Virus record (IMG/VR): IMGVR_UViG_2823662158_000001
From: a virus
DNA: 64,000 nt
Reading direction: 5' to 3' (one strand)
In this document: piece by piece, positions 22,687-32,233 of the stretch
Numbering within the stretch: the stretch's first letter is position 1
Layout of the letters: every line of letters begins with the position of its first letter
Position numbers and translations under genes: made by a program
The notes under the pieces: model-generated
What the model was told of the DNA's origin: nothing
What the model saw: only the letters and a program-made list of their open reading frames with translations
Database searches by the model: none

Positions 22687-23085
22687 ATGGATAGATTAAA
22701 AGAATTGATTGGTAAAACACTTACCAAAGTAGAAAACAACGACAATTACGAGATAGTATTTACTTGCGAAGATGGAAAGCAATATAAAATGTATCACGGA
22801 CAAGATTGTTGCGAAAGTGTAACTATTGAGGATATAGTTGGTGACTTACAAGATTTGGTTGGAAGCCCAATATTAAAAGCAGAAGAAGTTTCAAATTATG
22901 AACCGACTTTAAAAGAAGATATTGAACGAACTAAAGAAGCAGAAGATTGGGGTTCTTGTACTTGGACTTACTACAAATTCGCAACAATTAAAGGATATGT
23001 AGATATTAGATGGTTTGGAGAAAGTAATGGGTACTACTCTGAATCAGTAGATTTTATATTGCTTGGTGTTGATTATGAGTACTAA
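22687..23085 (+). CDS. Phage protein with an HxQDCCE motif (132 aa), carried as a cassette
   Basis: '[11 protein letters not shown]', 'TWTYYKFAT', 'GESNGYYSE'; flanked by 15-bp inverted repeats. Confidence 0.8.
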   Translation: MDRLKELIGKTLTKVENNDNYEIVFTCEDGKQYKMYHGQDCCESVTIEDIVGDLQDLVGSPILKAEEVSNYEPTLKEDIERTKEAEDWGSCTWTYYKFATIKGYVDIRWFGESNGYYSESVDFILLGVDYEY

Positions 23086-23255
23086 CGTAGTATTAATGCT
23101 AACAACCAAATAAAGAACATTAAACGATTAAGTATGAGTAAAGAAGAAATTGCAAGACGTATAGTCGAATACTTTAACCACAATGAAATGACAGGAGGTA
23201 AATGGGATTCGATTATGTATGAACAGAAAAGAGTAGTTATGAAATTGTTGAAACA

Positions 23256-23489
23256 ATTAAACCAAAACAAAGATGAGTACAACATTTGGAATAATAACTA
23301 AAAGCGGTGAAGAAAGGCCGATAGCAAGAAGAGTAGGTGGCAAAAACGGTGCTGAAATGTGGTTTACTGATGATCTAGCAGAAATGCTCCCAAATAATAC
23401 ACCAGTAGAACCATTAGATAATTCAGCACAAGGAATCCATACTATTGGGGATATTAAAAATCATATATTAAACCAAAACAAAGATGAGT
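23256..23489 (+). repeat. 23-bp direct repeat ATTAAACCAAAACAAAGATGAGT flanking ORF 23273-23497
   Basis: Exact copies at 23256-23278 and 23467-23489. Confidence 0.85.
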
Positions 23490-23497
23490 CTAAGTAA
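23273..23497 (+). CDS. Hypothetical protein (74 aa)
   Basis: ORF lying between the direct repeats. Confidence 0.65.
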   Translation: MSTTFGIITKSGEERPIARRVGGKNGAEMWFTDDLAEMLPNNTPVEPLDNSAQGIHTIGDIKNHILNQNKDESK

Positions 23498-23572
23498 AAA
23501 TATAGGGAAATGCAAAAATGTGGATTTCCTATGTACCAATGCAAAGGCCATTTTAATGCAATAGCAGAACCT

Positions 23573-23751
23573 ATGAGTAAAGAACAAACACGCGAAGAAA
23601 TACAGGCCATGATCGACCAACTAAAGAAGGAATTAACTGGCGACATGATGAAGGACATGGAGATTAAAGATCAAATCCACAAACTAGAAATGGAATTGAA
23701 CCAAGTAAAGCCACCGGATTCTCCTTCGAATGCTTCGGCTGTGGGTCATAA
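23573..23751 (+). CDS. Small coiled-coil protein ending in a CxxC (ECFGCGS)
   Basis: Copy 2 (56935-57177) gives the C terminus PFECFGCGS. Confidence 0.55.
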
Positions 23752-23761
23752 ATAGAATACC

Positions 23762-24076
23762 ATGGATAAAATTAGACAGATAAATAGAATGGTTGACACC
23801 CTGCCAACACAGCAGGAAAGACAATTCACCAGGGCGTATGTATATCGAAAGGTAATGAATTGGAAGTATGAGGACATTGCCAAGTACTTCTATATGACTT
23901 CTAGGGAAGCCCAGAGCAACGCAGAAAAGGCGGCACTACTTTATGATCTTAAACACAGTAGAGAGGGTAGGGTAGGTAGAGTAGTGGAAGCGTGTGAGGA
24001 CTTGGTGACACGTGAGGGGTTAAAGGAACACCGCAACCATGTACAGGAAGTAGCAAAAAGACTAGATAAAAGATAA
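23762..24076 (+). CDS. Putative HTH DNA-binding protein (104 aa)
   Basis: 'WKYEDIAKYFYMTSREAQS' resembles a sigma region-4/HTH pattern. Confidence 0.45.
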   Translation: MDKIRQINRMVDTLPTQQERQFTRAYVYRKVMNWKYEDIAKYFYMTSREAQSNAEKAALLYDLKHSREGRVGRVVEACEDLVTREGLKEHRNHVQEVAKRLDKR

Positions 24077-24079
24077 AGA

Positions 24080-24283
24080 ATGAAGCATAAGATATTAGTA
24101 GAGAACATAGAAGCCTTGGCGAAAACCGAACTACAGTCGATTACTAAAAAGTACAAGGTAGGAACGATAGCGAGGCTGTCCAAGCTACACCCTGCTACAG
24201 TACAAAAGGTATTAGACGGTCAAAGCGTAGAGAGTAAGACATATAAAGCACTAGGTAAATGGATCAAAGAAGAAGGACTGTAA
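24080..24283 (+). CDS. Small Cro/XRE-like HTH protein (67 aa)
   Basis: 'KVGTIARLSKLHPATVQKVLDG'. Confidence 0.5.
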   Translation: MKHKILVENIEALAKTELQSITKKYKVGTIARLSKLHPATVQKVLDGQSVESKTYKALGKWIKEEGL

Positions 24284-24926
24284 AAAAGTGCGCTAATAAA
24301 AACTGTGGTAAGGAGTTCTATCCTTCAAAGACTACACAACGTGTTTGTTCCTATCCGTGTGCCTTGAATTTGCCAAGCATAAGAACTACGAGAAGGAAGT
24401 AAAGAAAGCCAAAGCCCGGAAACGTCAACACAAGATAGAAGAAATGACCAAGGACAAGTACAGGGCAGTAAAGATACAACCACTCATTAATAAGATAGCT
24501 AGGTTAATCGACTACGGCCAAGTATGCATTGCGTCCAGAGTAGACAAAGGCAAAATGGCAGGAGGTCACTACCACGCAGTAGGACACAATAGAACACTAT
24601 CGTTGAACCTTCACAATATACATATTCAGTCCTACCACAGCAACGGTCCACAAGGAGGGCAGCATATAAAGTATAGACACGGACTTATTGAAGAGTATGG
24701 GAACGAGTACACAGAATTTATAGATATGCACCTTTGCCAATGCCCAAGCAACCTTTGGACCAAGAACGATCTAATAAAACTACGCCCAGGGTTATTGGGT
24801 ACTATAAAGCAGTTGGAAGCCGACCAAACCAAACGAACACCACTAGAGCGTATCACTTTAAGGAATCAAATAAATGAGCAAATAGGACTATATGCAAAAG
24901 AATTTAGTATATTTAGCGTTGAATGA
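24259..24926 (+). CDS. ninG: NinG/Rap-like recombination endonuclease
   Basis: N-terminal CxxxxC...CSxxC zinc finger, 'RLIDYGQVCIAS', 'GGHY', 'NLHNIHIQ'. Confidence 0.7.
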
Positions 24927-24938
24927 CAATAAGTTAAA

Positions 24939-25478
24939 ATGAATGTACTGGAGGAACTAGGGAAACACCACAACGAATGGTTACGAATGGTCAAAAGTTT
25001 TGGCGCAAAGTCAGAAGCGGAAGACATAGTACAGGACGTTTACTTACGAATTCACAAGTACATTGAAAAGCACCAAGCCCACGATAAGATAATAAAGGAC
25101 GGTAAAGTAAACAAGCCTTTTGTATTCATATCCCTACGCAACACCTATATAATGTACTGTAAGGATGAAAAGAAACGGGTGCAGTGTGTTTGGACAACTT
25201 GCCCGAACTTCGCCAAGACGAAGAGGGACTACAATACAAAAAGCGAAAATAAGTTCTTTAATAGACTAAACCAAGAAACAGACAGCTGGCACTGGTACGA
25301 CAAAATGCTTTTTACCTACTACATGGAGAGTGGCAGAAGCTACAGGGACTTAGCAGAAGAGTCGAACATAAGCCTAACAAGTATTTGGAATACTATGAAG
25401 AACTGCAAAGAACGAATTAAAGACAACCTATCCGAAGATTGGGAAGATCTGAACAACGGAGATTTTGAGAGATTATGA
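24939..25478 (+). CDS. ECF-like RNA polymerase sigma factor
   Basis: Region 2 'AEDIVQDVYLRI' and region 4 'SYRDLAEESNISLTSIWNTMKNCK'. Confidence 0.8.
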   Translation: MNVLEELGKHHNEWLRMVKSFGAKSEAEDIVQDVYLRIHKYIEKHQAHDKIIKDGKVNKPFVFISLRNTYIMYCKDEKKRVQCVWTTCPNFAKTKRDYNTKSENKFFNRLNQETDSWHWYDKMLFTYYMESGRSYRDLAEESNISLTSIWNTMKNCKERIKDNLSEDWEDLNNGDFERL

Positions 25479-25663
25479 CAGGATCAGCATACATAGCAAA
25501 GCAAGCGATTGAAGTAATAGAGAAACTAGAGGAGGAGTTGCGCATACTTCGCCAAGAACACATAGAACTACAACGCCAACTAGAAACAAGACTAGAAGCA
25601 GAGAGCGAAACATTTAAACACATAACACGTAAAACATTAAAAGATGAGCAAGAAACAAACTAG
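25475..25663 (+). CDS. Small coiled-coil protein
   Basis: ORF coupled to both neighbours. Confidence 0.55.
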   Translation: MTGSAYIAKQAIEVIEKLEEELRILRQEHIELQRQLETRLEAESETFKHITRKTLKDEQETN

Positions 25664-26132
25664 ATTCAGAAGAACTCCAGAAGAGATCGAGCAAGGTCTA
25701 ACGGTGGAGCAAGCCAAGGCAGCAAGAAAGGCTAACTACCAAAAGAAAGAGCAACCAGAGGTGCTTAGAGCGCCAAAACCAGAAGGGCTAGGTGACAAGG
25801 TAGAGAAGGTACTAAAGTCTACAGGGGTTAAAGCCTTTGTTGAGTTCCTAAACGGTGGCAAGGAATGCGAGGGATGCCAAAAGAGAAAAGAAGCACTAAA
25901 CAAAATCACCAAGCACAGAAAGGCAAAGAACCTAGAACTGTCCGATATAGAATTCATCGTAAAGATAAAGGACAAAAACACACTAAAGGCAACAGAGGTA
26001 ATGTACTTGTACATGATGCATGCACGTATTTACAACTATAAGTACATTGTACCGGGTAACTGTGCGAGCTGTGTCATTCAAAGACGTAATGATTTAGTAG
26101 AACTATATAACTTATACCATGAAAGCAAATAA
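25644..26132 (+). CDS. Cys-rich hypothetical protein (GLGDKVEK...CEGCQKRKEALN...CASC)
   Basis: Intact 162-aa ORF with two CxxC pairs. Confidence 0.7.
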   Translation: MSKKQTRFRRTPEEIEQGLTVEQAKAARKANYQKKEQPEVLRAPKPEGLGDKVEKVLKSTGVKAFVEFLNGGKECEGCQKRKEALNKITKHRKAKNLELSDIEFIVKIKDKNTLKATEVMYLYMMHARIYNYKYIVPGNCASCVIQRRNDLVELYNLYHESK

Positions 26133-26373
26133 GCCACTTTTAGCGACGATGTGCTTGGCATTATTAGTGTCCTGTGGGCAGAATTCACCAAGCCCGTGTA
26201 ACTGTCACGAAGTACAAGAAAGCCTACAGACGACAACCGATATTAATGGAATACCGTCTACAGTATGGGTAGAAGATCACCAAACACAACCAACACAAGC
26301 CAACTGCAACACAGCAACCGATTGGCAATATAACAACCAGGCAACAATACGCTGGAAGACAGTTTGTCAATGA
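26119..26373 (+). CDS. Small lipoprotein
   Basis: MKANKPLLATMCLALLVS-C lipobox. Confidence 0.6.
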   Translation: MKANKPLLATMCLALLVSCGQNSPSPCNCHEVQESLQTTTDINGIPSTVWVEDHQTQPTQANCNTATDWQYNNQATIRWKTVCQ

Positions 26374-26582
26374 GAAGCTACAACGAGAGAGAACTAATTA
26401 ACGAAATGCTTTGGTTAATAGAAACTAACTACTCTGTACTTAATGATACGTTCTATCTAAGCGACTATTACCAGCATTGGGAATTTGAAATACCAGAGGG
26501 TTACTACTTATGCTTTGTACCTGACACTGATCCATTAGACGTACGGTTAGCACCAAAACTAAACCCTGAACAATTGAACTAG
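26370..26582 (+). CDS. Hypothetical protein
   Basis: ORF, coupled start. Confidence 0.5.
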   Translation: MRSYNERELINEMLWLIETNYSVLNDTFYLSDYYQHWEFEIPEGYYLCFVPDTDPLDVRLAPKLNPEQLN

Positions 26583-26707
26583 ATGAATAAGGCACGTTTA
26601 AGACGATTTTACACCTTAACCGAGGGCAAGTATCGCCAAAGACTAGCCAAAGACTTCACAAGAGGTCTAAACGTATTTATAGGCTATTACCAAAACAATG
26701 AACAAGG

Positions 26708-26899
26708 ATGCTAGACAGAGAACCAAGTAACATAGAGAAAGTACTACACTGGGCAAACGTTAATGGATTCGCTATGCTAGTCGATGGTGACCAAGACCAA
26801 ATTGAAGTAATGTACTCTAGTCCTAACTTCTACCAGGGCCACCAAATAACAACAGAGCAATTGATAGAACTATACAATAAGTGTAATACTGTTAAATAA
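26708..26899 (+). CDS. Hypothetical protein (63 aa)
   Basis: ORF. Confidence 0.5.
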   Translation: MLDREPSNIEKVLHWANVNGFAMLVDGDQDQIEVMYSSPNFYQGHQITTEQLIELYNKCNTVK

Positions 26900-26937
26900 A
26901 TAACATTTAGTAGAATCATTAATGAATTTATTTGATT

Positions 26938-27186
26938 ATGGCAAAAGTAGACGGAAGAAGAAATAATGGCGGCAATAAGAATGCTGGTAGAAAGCCCAAA
27001 GCAGACGAACAGAAACTTATTGAACGTCTAGGCAAGTACGAAGACAAAGCACACGAGAAACTAGAAGAGGCTGTAGGAGCTGGACACTCATGGGCAATTA
27101 AAATGTACATGGAATACCGCTACGGTAAACCAAGAGAGACTAAAGATGTTAACTTGACAGGTGATTTGCCAATCTTCGATTTGTAG
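26938..27186 (+). CDS. terS: Terminase small subunit
   Basis: 'DGRRNNGG..AGRKPK' and 'YRYGKP'; abuts TerL. Confidence 0.7.
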   Translation: MAKVDGRRNNGGNKNAGRKPKADEQKLIERLGKYEDKAHEKLEEAVGAGHSWAIKMYMEYRYGKPRETKDVNLTGDLPIFDL

Positions 27187-28350
27187 ATGTTTCAAACGAC
27201 AACAGCGATAAAGAAACTAACCAAGCTAGAGAAGCGTATTAAAGTCGTACGCGGTGGTACAAGTGCCGGAAAGACATTTGGCATACTACCTATCTTAGCT
27301 TCAAAGGCTGCCAAGTACCCCAACCAAGAAATAAGCGTAGTATCTGAGAGTGTACCACATCTTCGTAGAGGTGCTTTAAAGGACTTTTAAAGATTATGGC
27401 GGCCACAGGAAGGTATAAGGACTACCAGTTTAATAAAAGTGTCTTAAAATACACCTTTGACAATGGCAGTTACATTGAGTTTTTAGCGCAGACCAACCCG
27501 ACAGGCTTCGAGGTGCAAGACGTACTACGCTATACGTAAACGAGTGTAACAATATACCTTTTGACTCATACTATCAGTTAGCGATACGTACAAGCGGGGA
27601 TATATGGCTAGATTATAACCCTGTTAGTACGTTTTGGGTAGATAATGAATTAATAGGTGGTGAAGATGTAGACTTTATCACACTTACATACAAAGACAAC
27701 GAGGCTTTACCAAGCACAATAGTAAAAGAGATAGAAAGCGCCAAGGAAAAGGCAAAGACATCTAGTTATTGGGCTAATTGGTGGAAGGTGTATGGCCTTG
27801 GTCAGATTGGATCATTAGAGGGGTTTGTATTCCGGACTGGAAAGAGATTAGAACACTACCAGAAGAGGCAAGGCTATTATGTTACGGCCAAGACTTTGGA
27901 TATACTAACGACCCATCTAGCCTAGTAGCCCTGTACAAGTACAACGATTCATTTATATTTGATGAAGTTATCTACCAAAAGAAACTACTTAACAGCGATA
28001 TTAGCGACCTGTACAACACATACGGAGTAAATGAAGTAGTCTATGCAGATAGTGCAGAACCAAAGAGTATAGCAGAATTATGTGGTTATGGCCATGATGT
28101 TGTGGCAGTCACCAAGGGAAGAGACTCTATAGTCTACGGTATCAACCTGATGAACCAAAACGAGATATACGTAACCAGCAAAAGTAAAAATCTAATCAAA
28201 GAGTTGTCAAATTACACTTGGATGACAGATAAAGAGGGAAACAAGCTCAATAAACCTATAGACGCATTCAACCACGCTATAGATGCAGCACGCTACGCCC
28301 TAACATCACAACTAGAAGACCCTAACAGAGGTAAGTACTTCGTTTTCTAA
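27187..28350 (+). CDS. terL: Terminase large subunit, PBSX-like (frameshifted)
   Basis: Walker A 'GGTSAGKT', 'LRGARR', 'YVNE', 'DYNP'; nuclease motifs 'DFGYTNDP', 'YADSAEP', 'HAIDAARY'. Confidence 0.92.
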
Positions 28351-28356
28351 TTTGAT

Positions 28357-28389
28357 ACAATAACACTTGCTTTTAGTTATTTAGGTATG
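28357..28389 (+). promoter_or_regulatory. Putative late promoter ACAA-N14-AGTT-N8-ATG
   Basis: ACAA 28357-60, AGTT 28375-78, ATG 28387. Confidence 0.65.
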
Positions 28390-29137
28390 AAAGCAAGTAT
28401 TAAAATACCTTCCGGCCTTAATGAGATCACGTTAGGTCAGTACCAAAAGTTTAAGCAGACTGCGGATAAATTTGAAGAGAGCAACGATTTTCTACTCCAG
28501 AAGATGATAGAGTGCTTTTGTAACATTGAACTCAAACACGTCCTTCTAATAGAGAGAAAAAGCGTCTTAGAGATTGCTAACGAAATCAACGCCTACTTTT
28601 CAGGTAACTATGAGTTGATACCACGATTCAAGATTAAAGATGTTGAATTTGGGTTTATTCCAAACCTTGAAAAGATCACACAAGGAGAATATGCTGATCT
28701 AGATTCATACATAACCGATTGGAAGCAGATGCACAAGGCTATGGCTGTCCTGTTTCGCCCAATCAAAGACACCAAAAAAGAAAAGTATTCCATACAAGAC
28801 TACCAGGGTACAGACGAGTTCGCAGAGCTTATGAAGTTTATGCCTTTAGATGTCGCTCTCGGTGCTTATGTTTTTTTTATCATTTAGGAAGCGAATTGTT
28901 AAGCAGTACCCTAAGATTTTTGCAGGAGGAGGCCAAGACGATGGTCTTACAATGGGAGGACAATTCAGAGCTAAGTGGGGATGGTATCATTCAATCTATC
29001 GACTTGCTAACGGAGAAATACTCAACTTTGACCAAGTCACCCGCCAATCCCTTCACAAATGCCTCACCTATCTCTCCTATGAAATAGACAAGCAGAAAGT
29101 AGAGCAAAATGAACTCAATAAAAGCCTAAAAAGATAA
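28387..29137 (+). CDS. Tail assembly chaperone pair (lambda G/GT-like) with a poly-T slippery site
   Basis: T-run at 28871-78 followed by two overlapping open frames (...FFYHLGSELL..., stop 29087; ...FLSFRKRIVKQYPKIF...KWGWYHSIY..., stop 29137). Confidence 0.65.
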
Positions 29138-30407
29138 TGCAAGCATATTACAACATATTAACCACCTTAAAAGCCAACTTAGAAGCTGATGCTTTTTGTA
29201 ACACAGTTTCCCAGGGAGATATTTTGATATTGACTTAAACAAACAGGAGATATTCCCACTTGCGCACATTATAGTCAACGAGACAACTAAGGAGAAGAAC
29301 ATCTTAGTTTTCAATGTTACTGTGCTATGTATGGACATTGTAGACATTTCAAAAGGCGAAGCTACAGACACATTTAGAGGAAACGATAACGAGCAAGATG
29401 TACTCAATACACAGTTAGCCGTGGGGCTTAGATTGGTAGAGGTGTTAGAGCGTGGAGGTAGTAATAACACTTTCATGATGAGAGGAACGCCAACGTTCGA
29501 ACCGTTCACTGAAAGGTTTGAGAATAACATGGCGGGCTGGGCGGTTACGTTTGACATCTACGTACCAAACACGATGCTCGCATGCGACTCTGTAAACACT
29601 CCAGAAGTTTGTAAGTCTGCCACAGTAAAAATTCTACCGAAAGTTACACCGCGACAGTATCAAGCGGAGGGATACTAACACTACCTGACATTGACATAAA
29701 CGTAAATGGAACAGATGAGGGAGATATTCCAAGCGTTACAGATGTAAGCGTAAATCTTACAAATAGTGGGGGTACGGTAACTCCGAACTCAATTACAGTA
29801 ACAGGTGGAACGGTTGACATTGTACTACCAGACGCAGCAATCCCGCAAGTTGGTGCAACGCTGATGAAAACAGGACAAACAACATCTTATGCGACTAATG
29901 ATGATGGGGATTTGGAAGCTGGGCGCGCTACTGACTTCTTCACCCTTTCAGTAAACAACCCTTTGGCAATACTAACAGATTTACCGACGAGTTAGGCGGT
30001 GCTACTTACTCTAACGACATTGTAATTGATTGGAGTACTTATGACACGGTTGCGGGTACGGTATTGGGTTATTATCGAACGCCTTTATCCTCAGCTATAT
30101 GGGCAACACAAGTAGCCAATTGTGCTGCGGTTTCAATCAATAGTTTCACTAGCGGCTGGCGAATGGTTAACTTTCGGGAGTTTTTCAATATCCATAAAGG
30201 TGAGGGTAACCCCAACGTAAATTACTCTCCTTTTAATATAAACATGGGGAACTATCAATGGACTAGCACAAGTAGGGACGCTACTTTTGCAGTAGCTATT
30301 TTACGAATGGGGCAGGCACTTATACTTCAGTTCTACAAAACAAAGGCAATAGTTTTCAGTCAATAGCTTGCCGAACATTCACAGTAACAGGAACAACACT
30401 AACTTAA
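29137..30407 (+). CDS. Tail completion/terminator-like protein fused to a C-terminal DUF1566/C-type-lectin-like domain (frameshifted)
   Basis: N-domain 'QGDIFDIDL..QEIFPLAHI...FEPFTERFENNMAGW'; copy-2 ORF 62749-63423 reads on into 'KTGQTTSY...DDG'; then 'GWRMVNFREF' and 'YQWTSTS'. Confidence 0.6.
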
Positions 30408-30419
30408 TACAGTACGAAA

Positions 30420-30665
30420 ATGGCAAAATATAAATTTGAACAATTTAATGTAGAGATTGAGAACCCTACAATAACAATAGACCCAACACAGATAAAAGTT
30501 GACGCGGTAAATAATACTATTTCGCTTTCGTTGATTTTGGAAACGACAGAAGCTAAAGTTTACGGTGTAGAGGTGTTAGACATTTCGGTGGAGAATCTAA
30601 ACTACGAGGGAGAAGAAAATTTGATGGAGAGAGCATTGCAAGGACTTGAAAAGTACAAGGTGTAA
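30420..30665 (+). CDS. Small acidic protein after the adhesin gene (81 aa)
   Basis: Intact ORF. Confidence 0.6.
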   Translation: MAKYKFEQFNVEIENPTITIDPTQIKVDAVNNTISLSLILETTEAKVYGVEVLDISVENLNYEGEENLMERALQGLEKYKV

Positions 30666-31186
30666 TGGAGGAAGTAAAAAAGGCATTAAATATTTTCGCA
30701 AAGGGTGTAGTAATGCAGTCCAAGCGAAACCTCACCCAACAAGGGAAGAAGGCTAGTAGTGCCTTGCACCGATCTATTAAGTACGACTTAGAAGTTTACA
30801 AAACAGTTTCAGCCTTTCCTTTCTTATGGAGGACTGGGCAGTTTGTGGACCAAGGGGTAAAGGGTAAAAGCAGCAGCGCCAAAGCACCAAAAAGCCCTTT
30901 TCGTTTTGGAAGTGGTAGAGGTAAAAGGAGGTCTAACCAAAGGTATTGATAAATGGGTACGTCGAAAAGGCATTCAGTTCAGAGATCGTAAAACGGGCCA
31001 ATACATGAGCTACAATAGCACAGCCTTTCTAATTACTAGAAGTATCTACAACAAAGGGATAGCACTGAGTCTATTTTCACTAAACCATTTGAAAACGCAT
31101 TTAAGAGACTACCAAATGAAGTAGTAGAAAAGTTTGGTCTAGAGGTAGATGAATTAATACAACACGCATTAAAAGACTTTAAATAA
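30665..31186 (+). CDS. Basic neck/tail morphogenesis protein (frameshifted)
   Basis: 'VVMQSKRNL...ASSALHRSI', 'FVDQGVKG', 'FLITRSIYNKGI'. Confidence 0.55.
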
Positions 31187-32233
31187 TGGCGACAGATACA
31201 CGGGTAAAGGTACGAAGCCCATACATAGTTGAAATATCAGGGGTGGCTGGAGATGCAACCAAGGTTGAATTGTTCCTATGGAATGATCCGGGCAGTGTGC
31301 CAAGTAACCCCAATTACATACTAGAAAAACCAATCCCATCTACAGCGATAGGTAAGGCAAGCTATGACATCTCACCCTTTGTTAGAGAATTTATTGAGCA
31401 TGATACTTATTCAGAGGTAGTAGTACAGACAGCAGCTCCAGTAGGTGAATATTGTTACTGCAATGTAAAAAGCTACAAAAACGGAGTACTACAAACGGGA
31501 GGTGGGTCATACACAGAGGAATTAATTTGCTTCGATGGGTATGGGTATTTTACAGAAGGCCAAAACCCGCAACAGTTACCAGTATTGCTAGACGAGGGTA
31601 CGTATCTAATTAGCGACACATTGAACCCTGGTGGAATATTTTTCACCACTATTGGAACTGTGGGAACTTGGTCAGTGCTTTACACTGGAGAAACGACAGG
31701 GGAACGGTAACGTTCAATTTCACCAACACAGTAGGGTATATTCCATACACATACGCACCACTAACTACTGAACCTGTGACGGTGGAAATTAAGCTCGGAG
31801 GGATTACGCAATACACGTATAGATTCATTCCAACGTGTGAACCTAAGTACACAACTATTAATTGTGACTTTGTGAATAAGCATGGAGTCTGGCAAAGGCT
31901 GGTATTCTTTAAGGCAAACCAAAAGAACTTTGAACGCAGAGACACCAAGTATAATCTAATGCCAGATGATACAAACTATGACGTATCTGTCGGTAGGTCA
32001 CAGATTTTAATGTGAACGGTAATGATAGAATCACTTGTAACACTGGATGGGTAGAAGAATCCTACGATGATGTGATTACACAGCTTATGCTAGCAGAAAC
32101 AATAAAGCTAGACAATCAGCCATACAATTTAATTACGGATTCAGTCAAACTACAACAAGGCATTAACGACAACAATATCAATTACACGCTAGAATTTAGA
32201 TTCGCAGCGGACAAACTCAATTACAACGTTTAA
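31186..32233 (+). CDS. Tail structural protein, distal-tail/baseplate-like (frameshifted)
   Basis: 'VRSPY', 'DISPFVREFI', 'CEPKYT...FVNKHG', 'NTGWV'. Confidence 0.55.

Noticed and set aside
26874..26899. A fifth late promoter upstream of terS (ACAA...TGTT)
   Set aside because: Spacing is 2 nt shorter than in the other four and there is no ATG 8 nt downstream
29900..30407. Complete diversity-generating retroelement
   Set aside because: A CLec-like target exists, but no reverse transcriptase motif and no second template copy were found within the 33.4-kb unit
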